A stretch of DNA of 64,000 nt from assembly GCA_900320055.1 (NCBI GenBank), contig ONQS01000012.1, forward strand, positions 15,282-79,281, given 5' to 3'. The notes below the pieces were generated by a model. It did no database searches, was not told the DNA's origin, and was given only the letters and a program-made list of their open reading frames with translations. Position numbers and translations under genes: made by a program. Shown piece after piece: positions 38,734 to 48,055 of this stretch. The DNA is from an uncultured Prevotellaceae bacterium (GTDB taxonomy: Bacteria; Bacteroidota; Bacteroidia; Bacteroidales; Muribaculaceae). The first letter of the stretch is position 1. Every line of letters starts with the position of its first letter.

Positions 38734-40233
38734 ATGAAGAGATCAACCATATGGATATTGACTGTTGTGATGGCGATAGCCCTGCTGGGACTGCTCGCCA
38801 TGCAAATCGTCTATCTCGAGAAGATGGTCGCCATGCGCAACAGCCAGTTCAGCGAGATTGTGATGCGCAGCCTCTACAGCGTGTCGACCATGCTGGAACA
38901 GAACGAGACCAAATACTTTCTGGACATGGACCTGGCCGAGGCCGAGCAGACCTACTCGGGCATCAGCCAGAACAGTTTCAGTTTCAACGACCGCCACGAG
39001 GCCACGATCGACACCACCCTCAACACCGAGGACCCGTCCAGCCTGCGCCCAGCCAACCGCAACACGCTTACCGACCTGAACGACACTTACCAGCGCAAGC
39101 AAGAGATCCTCAAGGGGCAATACCTGTATCAGAAGAGCCTGTTAAACGAAGTGATTCTCACTATCCTGAACCACTCCAGCGACCGTCCCATACAGGAGCG
39201 AGCCGACAGCGCCACTGTGGCCAGTTATCTGCGCTCAGAATTGGAATTCAACGGGCTCACCTTGCCCTTTGAGTTTGCCATCGTGAACCGCACCAACGGC
39301 ATCGTCTACAAGACCGAGGGCTACTCACCGCTGTCCCAACAGGACGTCTACAGCCAAGTCTTGTTTCCCAACGACCCGAAAAGCAAGCAGAACACGCTCA
39401 ACATCATTTTCCCCAACAAGAGTGACTACATCTTCTCGTCGGTGAAGTTTCTTGTGCCATCGCTGGCATTCACGTTTCTGCTGCTAGGCGTGTTCCTGTA
39501 CACCATTTCGGTGGCATTCAAGCAGAAGAAGTTGAGCGAAATCAAGAACGACTTCATCAACAACATGACACATGAGTTCAAGACGCCCATCTCGTCGATC
39601 TCGATTGCCGCACAGATGCTCAGCGATGACAGTGTGCGCAAGAGTCCCGAAATGCTCAAACACGTGACCACTGTCATCAACGACGAGACCAAGCGCCTGC
39701 GCTTCCAGGTCGAGAAAGTGCTGCAGTTATCACTGTTTGACCGTAAAAACGCGACCATGCGTCTCGAGGAGGAGGATGCCAATGCCAGCATCTACAGCGT
39801 TATCAACACCTTCAAACTGAAGGTGGAAAAATATGGCGGTCACATTACCGCCAACCTTGATGCCGAGGATCCTATCATCAATGTGGACAAGATGCACTTC
39901 ACCAACGTGATCTTCAACCTGCTGGATAACGCTGTGAAGTATCGTCGAGAAGACGTGCCGCCCGAACTCGAGGTGACCACTGTCAATCCCGATGAAGACC
40001 ATATCCAGATCACTGTGCAGGACAACGGCATAGGCATGAAGCGCGAGGATCTGAAGAAGATTTTCGAGAAGTTTTACCGGGTATCTACCGGCAATCGTCA
40101 TGACGTGAAAGGCTTCGGCCTAGGCTTGGCGTATGTGCACAAGATGATTGACCTGTTTGGCGGCTCGATCAGCGCCGAGAGCGAGGTTAACCACGGATCG
40201 AAATTTATTATCACATTACCACTATACAAATAA
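38734..40233 (+). CDS. rprX: Two-component sensor histidine kinase (RprX-like)
   Basis: Two TM helices, H-box NMTHEFKTPIS, N-box NLLDNAVKY and G-boxes DNGIGM and GFGLGL. A TAATTTTG box lies at 38674-38681. Confidence 0.85.
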   Translation: MKRSTIWILTVVMAIALLGLLAMQIVYLEKMVAMRNSQFSEIVMRSLYSVSTMLEQNETKYFLDMDLAEAEQTYSGISQNSFSFNDRHEATIDTTLNTEDPSSLRPANRNTLTDLNDTYQRKQEILKGQYLYQKSLLNEVILTILNHSSDRPIQERADSATVASYLRSELEFNGLTLPFEFAIVNRTNGIVYKTEGYSPLSQQDVYSQVLFPNDPKSKQNTLNIIFPNKSDYIFSSVKFLVPSLAFTFLLLGVFLYTISVAFKQKKLSEIKNDFINNMTHEFKTPISSISIAAQMLSDDSVRKSPEMLKHVTTVINDETKRLRFQVEKVLQLSLFDRKNATMRLEEEDANASIYSVINTFKLKVEKYGGHITANLDAEDPIINVDKMHFTNVIFNLLDNAVKYRREDVPPELEVTTVNPDEDHIQITVQDNGIGMKREDLKKIFEKFYRVSTGNRHDVKGFGLGLAYVHKMIDLFGGSISAESEVNHGSKFIITLPLYK

Positions 40234-40245
40234 GAGAAGACAATT

Positions 40246-40956
40246 ATGGAAGACAAACTGAGAATTCTGTTATGCGAAGACGATGAGAATCTGGGTACCC
40301 TCACCCGTGAGTATCTGGAGGACAAGGGCTTCAAAGCCGAACTGTTTGCCGATGGTGAGGCCGGTTACAAGGCCTTCCTTAAGGGCAAGTATGACATCTG
40401 CCTGCTCGACGTGATGATGCCCAAGAAGGACGGCTATCAACTCGCCCAGGAGATCCGCGCTATCAACAGCGACGTGCCCATCATTTTCCTCACCGCCAAG
40501 GCGCTCAAGGAGGACATCCTCGAGGGTTTCAAAATCGGTGCCGACGACTATATCACCAAGCCCTTCTCGATGGAGGAACTGGTGATGCGCATCGAGGCCA
40601 TCCTGCGCCGCGTCAAGGGCAAGAAGGGCAAAGAAGTCACCGTGTACAAGATCGGCAAGTTCACCTTTGACACGCAACGCCAGGTGCTGTTCACTGATGA
40701 CAAGAGCGACAACCTGACCACCAAGGAGAGCGAACTGCTGAGTCTGCTGTGCGCCCACATGAACGAGATTCTGGAACGCAACTTCGCCCTCAAGACCATC
40801 TGGATCGACGACAATTACTTCAACGCTCGTTCGATGGATGTCTACATCACCAAGTTGCGCAAGAAACTCAAAGATGATCCCACCATCGAGATCATCAACA
40901 TCCATGGCAAGGGTTACAAACTCATTGCACCCGACGCCGAGACCGAGGCCAAGTAA
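40246..40956 (+). CDS. rprY: OmpR-family response regulator RprY
   Basis: LLCEDD, CLLDVMMP, GADDYITKPFS and the wHTH DNYFNARSMDVYITKLRK...IHGKGY. Confidence 0.9.
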   Translation: MEDKLRILLCEDDENLGTLTREYLEDKGFKAELFADGEAGYKAFLKGKYDICLLDVMMPKKDGYQLAQEIRAINSDVPIIFLTAKALKEDILEGFKIGADDYITKPFSMEELVMRIEAILRRVKGKKGKEVTVYKIGKFTFDTQRQVLFTDDKSDNLTTKESELLSLLCAHMNEILERNFALKTIWIDDNYFNARSMDVYITKLRKKLKDDPTIEIINIHGKGYKLIAPDAETEAK

Positions 40957-40980
40957 CTGACCACCTTGGCACCCGCACCG

Positions 40981-41020
40981 CAATCATCCTCTCATCGATG
41001 ATCGAGGGGATGATTGTTTT
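40981..41020 (+). terminator. Intrinsic terminator after rprY
   Basis: CAATCATCCTCTC / GAGGGGATGATTG stem followed by TTTT. Confidence 0.75.
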
Positions 41021-41211
41021 ATACCCACTGGCATACTAACTCATCGTGGCATAGCCGCAACGCCCGCTTCCACCCTGGTGGGTCTGACCCGTAGAGTGTA
41101 GTGGGTAGAGTTAAATATGTACAATAAACGCCCTGTGGCCGCGCCATCGCTTGCAACATTCCATCAAAAGTAGTAATTTTGCACACAGGAATTAATGTGA
41201 CTGATAGATAC

Positions 41212-41934
41212 ATGATATATATTTACCGAATATACCAATGGAGCATCGCCTCACCCATTATGTTGGTCTACAGTATCATCACAGCCATCATCACGATGAT
41301 AGGCAGCCTGTTTGATCAAGACTATTGGGGCTACTTTCCTGCCAAATGGTGGGCACGGGTGTGGTGCTGGGTGCATCTGGTACGGGTCAAGGTAGTGGGG
41401 CGCGAGCACATCGACCACGAGACGAGTTATGTGTTTGTCGCCAATCATCAGGGTGCCTATGACATCTTCTCGATCTACGGTTTTCTGGGACACAACTTCA
41501 AGTGGATGATGCGCAAGGGCATTACCAACATCCCCCTCATCGGTACCGCATGCCGCATGGCCGGTCACATCATGGTAGACACCCACTCCACCAAGGGGTT
41601 GAGAGACACCATGGCTGCCGCTAAAAAGAAATTGCATGGCGGCATGTCGATTGTCGTGTTTCCCGAGGGCCGCCGCACAGATACCGGCAAGATGGGCCCC
41701 TTCAAGAACGGTGCCTTTAAGTTGGCATTGGAATTTGGCCTGCCCGTTGTCCCTATCACCATCGACGGCAGTTACCGGGTGATGCCCCGCAGCACCTTTA
41801 ACGTCACTCCGGGCACCATCACCCTCACCTTCCACAAGCCGATACAGCACAATGGTGGTAACGACATAGCCCTGGTGAGCCACGAGTGCCGTGAGATCAT
41901 CCAGCGCGACCTCCCCGCCGACATGCGCGACTAA
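41212..41934 (+). CDS. plsC: 1-acyl-sn-glycerol-3-phosphate acyltransferase (PlsC family)
   Basis: VANHQGAYD (HxxxxD) and VFPEGRRT. The start is placed downstream of the TAATTTTG box at 41174-41181. Confidence 0.85.
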   Translation: MIYIYRIYQWSIASPIMLVYSIITAIITMIGSLFDQDYWGYFPAKWWARVWCWVHLVRVKVVGREHIDHETSYVFVANHQGAYDIFSIYGFLGHNFKWMMRKGITNIPLIGTACRMAGHIMVDTHSTKGLRDTMAAAKKKLHGGMSIVVFPEGRRTDTGKMGPFKNGAFKLALEFGLPVVPITIDGSYRVMPRSTFNVTPGTITLTFHKPIQHNGGNDIALVSHECREIIQRDLPADMRD

Positions 41935-41956
41935 GATACAGCCATATAACTGATAA

Positions 41957-42784
41957 TTATTCTATCGGGATTTGGATGATTGAGAGCCATTTTTCGGGGT
42001 CTTCCTGATTCCATGCACCATCAACGTAGCATGTGCGAGGATGACCAGCGATTTTGTAGCCCTGCTCCTCCAAATAGCAGAAGGCTTCGGTGTAGGACTC
42101 ATAGAAACGCTCATAGGGACCGATATGCTTCATGCAGAGCGCCTTAGGTATGGCTGGCAGGCGTTTAAACTGGATGATGTCGCTGCTGATGCCCATTTCA
42201 TCGACCTGTTCGCAATACTCGATGTCGATGTCTGTCGGTTTGAATTCCTTGTTGTGCTCGATGGTGAAACAGTAGCCCGGAGGCGGGCACTTGCAGCCCA
42301 GGCGTTGCATCTCGGAAGCAATTTTATTGACACACAAAGGTCCCAGGGCTGCGTAATTAGGGATTTGTTCACGATGACTTGCCACAATAATCTCTGGCAA
42401 TGACTGAATGCTGAATTTTTCCATTGTCTTCATTTCTTTGCGAGAGTTCCTCCAGTCGAGCAGTCGTTCACGACGGGCTATCAGTTGCTGCAACCGCGCT
42501 TCCGTTTCCTTGATCTTGGTGTCAAGTTGGCGGATGCTGGGGATATGCGAATCGTCTTGGTACAGTTCCTTAATCTCGTCCAGCGTGAATCCGAGCCGTT
42601 GCAGATCGCGGATGGCTTGCAGTCTCTGCATCTGGTCGATGCTGTAGTAGCGATATCCCGTCCACTCGTCCACCTCGTCAGGCAGGAGTAATTCCTTCTG
42701 CTCATAGTGACGCAAAGTCTTTACAGTAACCTGCATCAGCCTTGAGAACTCTCCGATTTTTAATTTTGTTTTCTTACTCATCAT
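41957..42784 (-). CDS. MerR-family regulator with C-terminal GyrI-like effector domain (BmrR/Mta type)
   Basis: LKIGEFSRLMQVTVKTLRHYE...GYRYYS...LGFTLDEIK; C-terminal ALCMKHIGPYE...GHPRTCYVDG. Confidence 0.9.
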   Translation of the reverse strand: MMSKKTKLKIGEFSRLMQVTVKTLRHYEQKELLLPDEVDEWTGYRYYSIDQMQRLQAIRDLQRLGFTLDEIKELYQDDSHIPSIRQLDTKIKETEARLQQLIARRERLLDWRNSRKEMKTMEKFSIQSLPEIIVASHREQIPNYAALGPLCVNKIASEMQRLGCKCPPPGYCFTIEHNKEFKPTDIDIEYCEQVDEMGISSDIIQFKRLPAIPKALCMKHIGPYERFYESYTEAFCYLEEQGYKIAGHPRTCYVDGAWNQEDPEKWLSIIQIPIE

Positions 42785-42809
42785 CGTACGACATTTTGCT
42801 AAGCGACCA

Positions 42810-42843
42810 CAAAATTATGGTATGCCCTAAGGGACGAGTCAAG
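42810..42843 (-). promoter_or_regulatory. MerR-gene promoter with CCCTTAGGG dyad in the spacer
   Basis: Minus strand reads CTTG-actcgtCCCTTAGGGcatacca-TAATTTTG. Confidence 0.55.
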
Positions 42844-42976
42844 TATCAACAATGGGTTTAACACAAGTTTAACAGTTGTCTAATTCTTCATTCGCTGCTG
42901 CGCATCCTTGCCTGCTCCGGTGCCCATGCCGTCAAGCAGGCGGCACATGCCACAACGCCTATGAACAAACAACGTT

Positions 42977-43867
42977 TCATTTTCTCCACCGTTTCAGCAT
43001 GGGAAAGAAGCCTTGCATCATCTGGACGTATTCATCCCTTGTCATCGGCTTAGGCATCTGCTTATTGACCTCGTCGACAAACTGGGCACAATGCTCGATC
43101 ATCTCGTCCATCGTGCAGTCCTGCAGGAACTTGCCGTCCTTGTAACAGTACTGGCAGTAATCAAAGTTTGTACTCCCGTCAGCATTTGTGCCGCAATCCT
43201 CATTCTTAGTGAGAGGCATGCCACAACTTTGGCAGAACTGAGGTAACTGGCCTGGCAGCAAGGCTTTCTCCTTGCTGGGAAATGTGGCCTCGTATGCCTC
43301 GAAAGCCTCTGGATTTTTATCGGCTACGAAATAGCCCTTCGGCGGACAATAAGTCGCCTCGATGATGCCGTTGCTTTTCAACCAGCCAGGGATGAGTTCC
43401 TGAGCGAGGAAATAAGGCACCTCGGCATCACGCGGCTCGGCATGGTAATGGATACCCAGTTTGCTGGCCAGATCGAATCCCGCATGGCGATAGAAAACGA
43501 TATTGCCTTCCATACACAGGAAGCCAATGCCCATTTCACGGGCTTGATCTATGGCGTAATTCAGCAATTTAAGGCCATAGCCCTTGCGCTTATAGTCGGG
43601 ATGGATGCTGATGGGGCCGAATGTCCACGACGAACGGTGCGTGCCGTCGTCGAGGACAAGTTCGGCCTTGGAAAACATGATGTGGCCCATGATGCGTCCG
43701 TCCTCCTCCATCACCAGATCGAGTTGGGGGACGAAATCGGGATTGCTGCGGTATTGGTTGAGCACGTAATGCTCGGTGCAACCAGGACGATAGACGTTCC
43801 AGAAAGCCTCACGGGTAAGGTTCTCCACCTCACGGTAATCTCCGGGTTGTTCTAATCTGATCTTCAT
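42977..43867 (-). CDS. GNAT N-acetyltransferase fused to a zinc-ribbon (Zn_ribbon_2-like) domain
   Basis: YhbS-like GNAT (GPISIHPDYKRKGYG) plus FCQSCGMPL...YCQYCY. Own TAACTTTG box at 43924-43931. Confidence 0.88.
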   Translation of the reverse strand: MKIRLEQPGDYREVENLTREAFWNVYRPGCTEHYVLNQYRSNPDFVPQLDLVMEEDGRIMGHIMFSKAELVLDDGTHRSSWTFGPISIHPDYKRKGYGLKLLNYAIDQAREMGIGFLCMEGNIVFYRHAGFDLASKLGIHYHAEPRDAEVPYFLAQELIPGWLKSNGIIEATYCPPKGYFVADKNPEAFEAYEATFPSKEKALLPGQLPQFCQSCGMPLTKNEDCGTNADGSTNFDYCQYCYKDGKFLQDCTMDEMIEHCAQFVDEVNKQMPKPMTRDEYVQMMQGFFPMLKRWRK

Positions 43868-43971
43868 AATGAAACCCTTTAACCATTTTGGTATTTCTAT
43901 ATTCTATTTTTAGTTTACAGCAGCAAAGTTACTGACAGTTGCAGAAACTTCCAAACAGATTATGGTACCTG

Positions 43972-44589
43972 CTATATGCTTTTAATGACCTTTTGCAGTT
44001 CTTCTAAAAAATGTGCTGCGTGGCCACCGTCCATCTGTGCATGATGAAACTGGAACGAAATGGGTAGGGTGACTTTCAGCCACTTCTTGCGGTATCGGCC
44101 CCACATCACCATCGGATTACAGAACTGGTCGGTGTACTGGTTGACGATGCAGTCGAGGTCTGTGCTAGTCAACGCCGACGTGCCGACAACCACGGCGTCA
44201 TCGTCCAGAATGTCCCGACAGGTCTGGCTGATGGTCTTTGTCAGATGCAGGTAATTGTCGTTAAACTGCTCCAGATCGTCGGTAACAGCAACGTCGCAAA
44301 AACTGAGTCCACCTAGAACATTGTCAACTATTACGTTAATGGCCATACGATCATATTTGTACAGTTTCCCGTGCTGGGGTAACATGTAAAACTCCTCTAT
44401 CCCTGATGCGGCCATGCCGATGCACCAACACAGAAGCATGTTGAATTTCAGCCCCCGACTCCGACTTACCTGATACAGCCGAGTCACGTCGAAGGTCTTG
44501 GTGAGCGTCACCATCGGCATGGGGGATTTCATCCACAACTCGAATGCCACCGCCCGATTGGTATTCTTTGGATTGATTTCCTGTTTCAT
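43972..44589 (-). CDS. CatA-like (chloramphenicol acetyltransferase fold) O-acyltransferase
   Basis: Catalytic motif LPISFQFHHAQMDGGH, plus KFNMLLCWCI. The start is MKQEIN (44589) or the in-frame ATG at 44601. Confidence 0.82.
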   Translation of the reverse strand: MKQEINPKNTNRAVAFELWMKSPMPMVTLTKTFDVTRLYQVSRSRGLKFNMLLCWCIGMAASGIEEFYMLPQHGKLYKYDRMAINVIVDNVLGGLSFCDVAVTDDLEQFNDNYLHLTKTISQTCRDILDDDAVVVGTSALTSTDLDCIVNQYTDQFCNPMVMWGRYRKKWLKVTLPISFQFHHAQMDGGHAAHFLEELQKVIKSI

Positions 44590-44600
44590 GGCTTCCGTCA

Positions 44601-44921
44601 TTAATGGCGATGCGGCGGAAATTCCTTGACTGTGTTGTAGGCGACCACGTTGCCGTCGTTGTCAAAGGTGACGATAAACAGCATTTCCTCGGCGTCAATT
44701 ACCTCACCGACCACCTTACGGTAGCCCCACTGTTCTCCAGTTTCATCGGCGTTCTTGAACAAGGGGTTACCCAACAAGTGCTGGATGTCACTTTTGGTCA
44801 TGCCCATTTCCACTTTATTGATCTTGGTGGTATCGCGCGTGGCGATGCAACTGTCAAAGCCAAGGTTTATCACGAGTACAAGCATCACCGCGATAACTAT
44901 TTCCTTCATTTTCATCATCAT
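44601..44921 (-). CDS. BamE/SmpA-OmlA-domain lipoprotein
   Basis: Hydrophobic leader ending in DSC, then KVEMGMTKSDIQHLLGNP...WGY...VTFDNDGNV. Confidence 0.75.
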   Translation of the reverse strand: MMMKMKEIVIAVMLVLVINLGFDSCIATRDTTKINKVEMGMTKSDIQHLLGNPLFKNADETGEQWGYRKVVGEVIDAEEMLFIVTFDNDGNVVAYNTVKEFPPHRH

Positions 44922-44949
44922 CTAGTAATATAAAACCAATAATGTCCCA

Positions 44950-47279
44950 TTACATTCGTGCCTTCTGTTTCTCGCCGGCGCCGGTGCCGCGGTACTTGCT
45001 GCTGGCCTTGTTGAAGCGCCACGTCAAGTCGAGCATAAACGTGCGGCGGGCAGGGTTGCTGGTGGTCAACTCGCGCGGCCCGAAGATGGTGGCCACGGGC
45101 TTGTTGGTGTTGAAGAGGTCCATGCAGCGTGCGTCTACAGTCAGTGAGCCGAGACTACTGAGGCTGAAGTCCTTCTGCACTCCGATTCCGCTATAGAACC
45201 TGCATTTGGTGATACGGAAGTTGTCATAGTCGCCGCGCGATGTCCATTGTACCATGGCATTTAATCGCCACTCGTGCGGCAGTTCGATGTCGTTGTTCCA
45301 TGTCAAAGCGACAAACGGATGGTTGAGCGTGAGGATGGAGCCGTCGGCAGTCGGTGTCTTGTAGTTCTGGAAGATGGCATAGGCGCTCCACGAGGGATGC
45401 CGACCGTCAAGCGGTTATAACTCTCCTTGCTGTTGATGGGTCGCACAAGGCTGATAAGCGGATCATCAGCGCCGGGATAAGGTTCGGTGGACATCGTCTC
45501 GGAGTCCTTGATTCGTGCGTAGTTCAGCGACAAGTTCATCCACTGGTATGCGGCATTGAAAACCAGGCTATGGGTGTAGGTCGGCTTCAGGTAGGGGTTG
45601 CCGCTCTGATAACTGTAGCGGTTGAAGTATATCGTTGAACTTGTTAGGCTGCTGTAGTTGGGGCGCTGGATGTCCCTGCGGTAAGAGAGCGACAACTGCA
45701 CCTTGCCCACCGGAGCCGACACGACAAACGAGGGGAACCAGTCACCATAGTCGCGGCAAACCTCGTCCTCACGCTCACCAAAATTGTAGTAGTCGTTGGT
45801 TAAGTGCTCATAGCGCAAACCCACCTGAGCGAATACCATGCCGAAACGCCGGCCATACTCCACAAATGCTGCCGTGGAGGACTCGTTGATCTCGGTATCA
45901 GTAGCCTTTACCGGGACACTGGCCGTGGCCGAGTAGGAATAAGCATCGGTACGGTGGTTGTGGGAATATTCACCGCCGACCGACAGGTTGCCCTGCCATA
46001 CAGGATAACTCAAAATGAGTTTTGACGCCCAGAAGTTGTTGGCACTCTTGGTGTTGCTCTCTATCAAGCGGTTGACGGTGACACCGTCCAGCACGGTAAC
46101 CTCACTGGTGCTGCCAGGAGTCTCGGTATGGTCAAAGAGGCCGTCCACGTTCAGGTCGATACCCATCGAACCCACTTTGCCGTTATAATAGGCGTTAAAA
46201 ATGTGTTTCCTGAAACGGTCACGCTGCTGGACATCGCTCTCGGAGTTTTCAGTGAATTCACCGTTCTGATAGCAATCGGTGATGAACCGGTCACGAAAGT
46301 CGGCACTGGGGTGGCGGTCATACTTGTAAAAAGCGCCCATACTGTGGTTGTCGTTGAACATATAATTTATCTGCAGTTGGGGCGACAAGCCCTTCCAGAT
46401 GTTCCTACCCTCTTGCTTGAGAATACTCTCCACGTGGTCAGAACCCACATAGTAGAACATGTGGTTTTCCTGCAGCATTTTGGCATGGCCGTAGCGGCCT
46501 GCCCAGAACGAGGCGGTGATATCCAAACCGCCTGTGCGGTAGTTCACATCCAGGTTGTTGGTAATCGTGTGGCCATACTGGTACATGCCCGTCAGGTTGT
46601 CTTGGAAACTGAAGCCGTCGCCCTGCGCCTTCTTGAGCGTGATGCGCACCACAGCCTTGGTCGAGGCGGCATAACGGGCTCCAGGGTTCTGGATGACGTC
46701 CACATGCTGGATCTGGTCACTGCGCAGTCGGGACAATTCACTCATGTCCTGCACCTTGCGGCCGTTGATATAGACCTCGGCATCACCACGTCCCAGCACC
46801 TTGACGCCACCATCGCGCTCGGCCTCGAGCGACGGCACCCGCGCTAGCGCGTCGGCGACGGTACCGGCTTTCTCCAGGATAGTACCTTCGATAGTCGTGC
46901 GCATAGCCTCGCCCTTGACACGCGTCTTGGGCAACTGGCTCTTGACGATTACCTCGCCCAGCATCAGCGTGGCCTCGTTCATCTTGACAATCAGCCCATC
47001 GACGGGATTGAGGTATTGGGTCTCATAGCCGATACTTGACACTTTCAGCAAGCCGCCATTGTTGAGTGATTGGATCTTGAAATGTCCCTGGTCATCGGTC
47101 ATGGCACCCTGCACAAACGTCGAGTCGGGCATCGAGAGCAGCACCACGTTGACAAAGGGCAGGGGCTCGCCTTTCTCGTCAAGCACTGTGCCGGTCACAT
47201 CCGGCGCCATGGCCACGGCAGTCAAGGCCGTCAATGCGGCAGTTATCAAAACTATGGATCTTAAAATCTTTTTGTTCAT
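44950..47279 (-). pseudogene. Outer-membrane beta-barrel (TonB-receptor-like, CarboxypepD N-domain) gene split by a frameshift near 45400
   Basis: The 5' frame (47279 onward) loses barrel-like character after YNRLTVG. The -1 frame continues HPSWSAYAIFQNYK...NHPFVALTWNNDIEL... to LTWRFNKASSKYRGTGAG at 44950. Confidence 0.8.
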
Positions 47280-47302
47280 GATATCACACTTTATCTGATT
47301 GT

Positions 47303-47851
47303 TTATTGTTCTTTGATACTCACGCCACCCAAAAAATTGCTGGCGACGATATGGAGGCAGGGAGCACCCGGAACAGATCGCCCAGACGTCTCGTTACCCA
47401 CACCACCAATGAAACTGTGACTCTTCACAACCACATTGACATCGGAGGGCACGCACAATTCGACTCCGCCCAAGAAGGTGTGGACATCTATCTCCTCGTC
47501 CTCGGTGACGACTGCTTCGCGCAGGTCCAGCCGGAGTCCGCCGCAGAAGGCATCGAGTCTGGCTCCATGAAACACTTCGCCCTGATAGCGGTATGCGTCG
47601 GCCCCAAATCGCACAGCGCAACTGATGCGCTTGCCGTCTTCGCCTTGGGGGACAGGACGTTGAAGCCACTGAGACGGATTCTTATAAAGACTGTAAATAA
47701 TGAGTTCCGCTCCAAGGTACAGCAGCAGGAGGGGACCAAAATACTCTGTCCAGGAATGCTCCCAGTTCAACTGGATGACACCCCACATGTCTGCCAGTCT
47801 CAACAGGGCAGCCACGATAAAAATGATTCCGATAATTGTTCTGCGTGTCAT
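47303..47851 (-). CDS. LiaF/DUF2154-like cell-wall-active-antibiotic response membrane protein
   Basis: Two N-terminal TM helices, then FCGGLRLDLREA...TFLGGVELCVP...NFLGGVSIK. Confidence 0.78.
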   Translation of the reverse strand: MTRRTIIGIIFIVAALLRLADMWGVIQLNWEHSWTEYFGPLLLLYLGAELIIYSLYKNPSQWLQRPVPQGEDGKRISCAVRFGADAYRYQGEVFHGARLDAFCGGLRLDLREAVVTEDEEIDVHTFLGGVELCVPSDVNVVVKSHSFIGGVGNETSGRSVPGAPCLHIVASNFLGGVSIKEQ

Positions 47852-47961
47852 ATCCGCAATGTTTTAAATAGTTATTATTCAGTCAAAACTTTTTGTTTAA
47901 AGCATTGCAAAGTTCTGGCCTAATAGTCAGTTCCACAAGTTTCTGGGATATTCTGCATGGT

Positions 47962-48013
47962 ATTGTGACGAATGACACATCTTGAGGGACAAAATGCATA
48001 ATTGTGACGAATG
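47962..48013. repeat. Direct repeats ATTGTGACGAATG (47962-47974, 48001-48013) with an imperfect copy centred ~47988; candidate LytTR operator
   Basis: Two perfect 13-mers 39 bp apart. The middle GGGACAAA lies 21 bp from the first GTGACGAA. Confidence 0.65.
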
Positions 48014-48055
48014 GGTTTGCTGGTTCATCGCATTTACACTAACTTTGCCAATGCT

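Noticed and set aside
41022-41107. Possible sRNA: TACCCACT/AGTGGGTA 8-bp pairing, with a loosely similar motif at 31992-32016
   Set aside because: The pairing is short, the internal structure is weak, and there is no promoter box; it is not distinguishable from chance.
43972-44589. Calling the CatA-like gene a chloramphenicol resistance gene
   Set aside because: Only the fold and catalytic His motif are recognisable; substrate specificity cannot be read from the sequence.
45390-45420. Programmed ribosomal frameshift in the beta-barrel gene
   Set aside because: There is no slippery heptamer or homopolymer run, and the junction looks as if codons are missing, which fits a deletion better.
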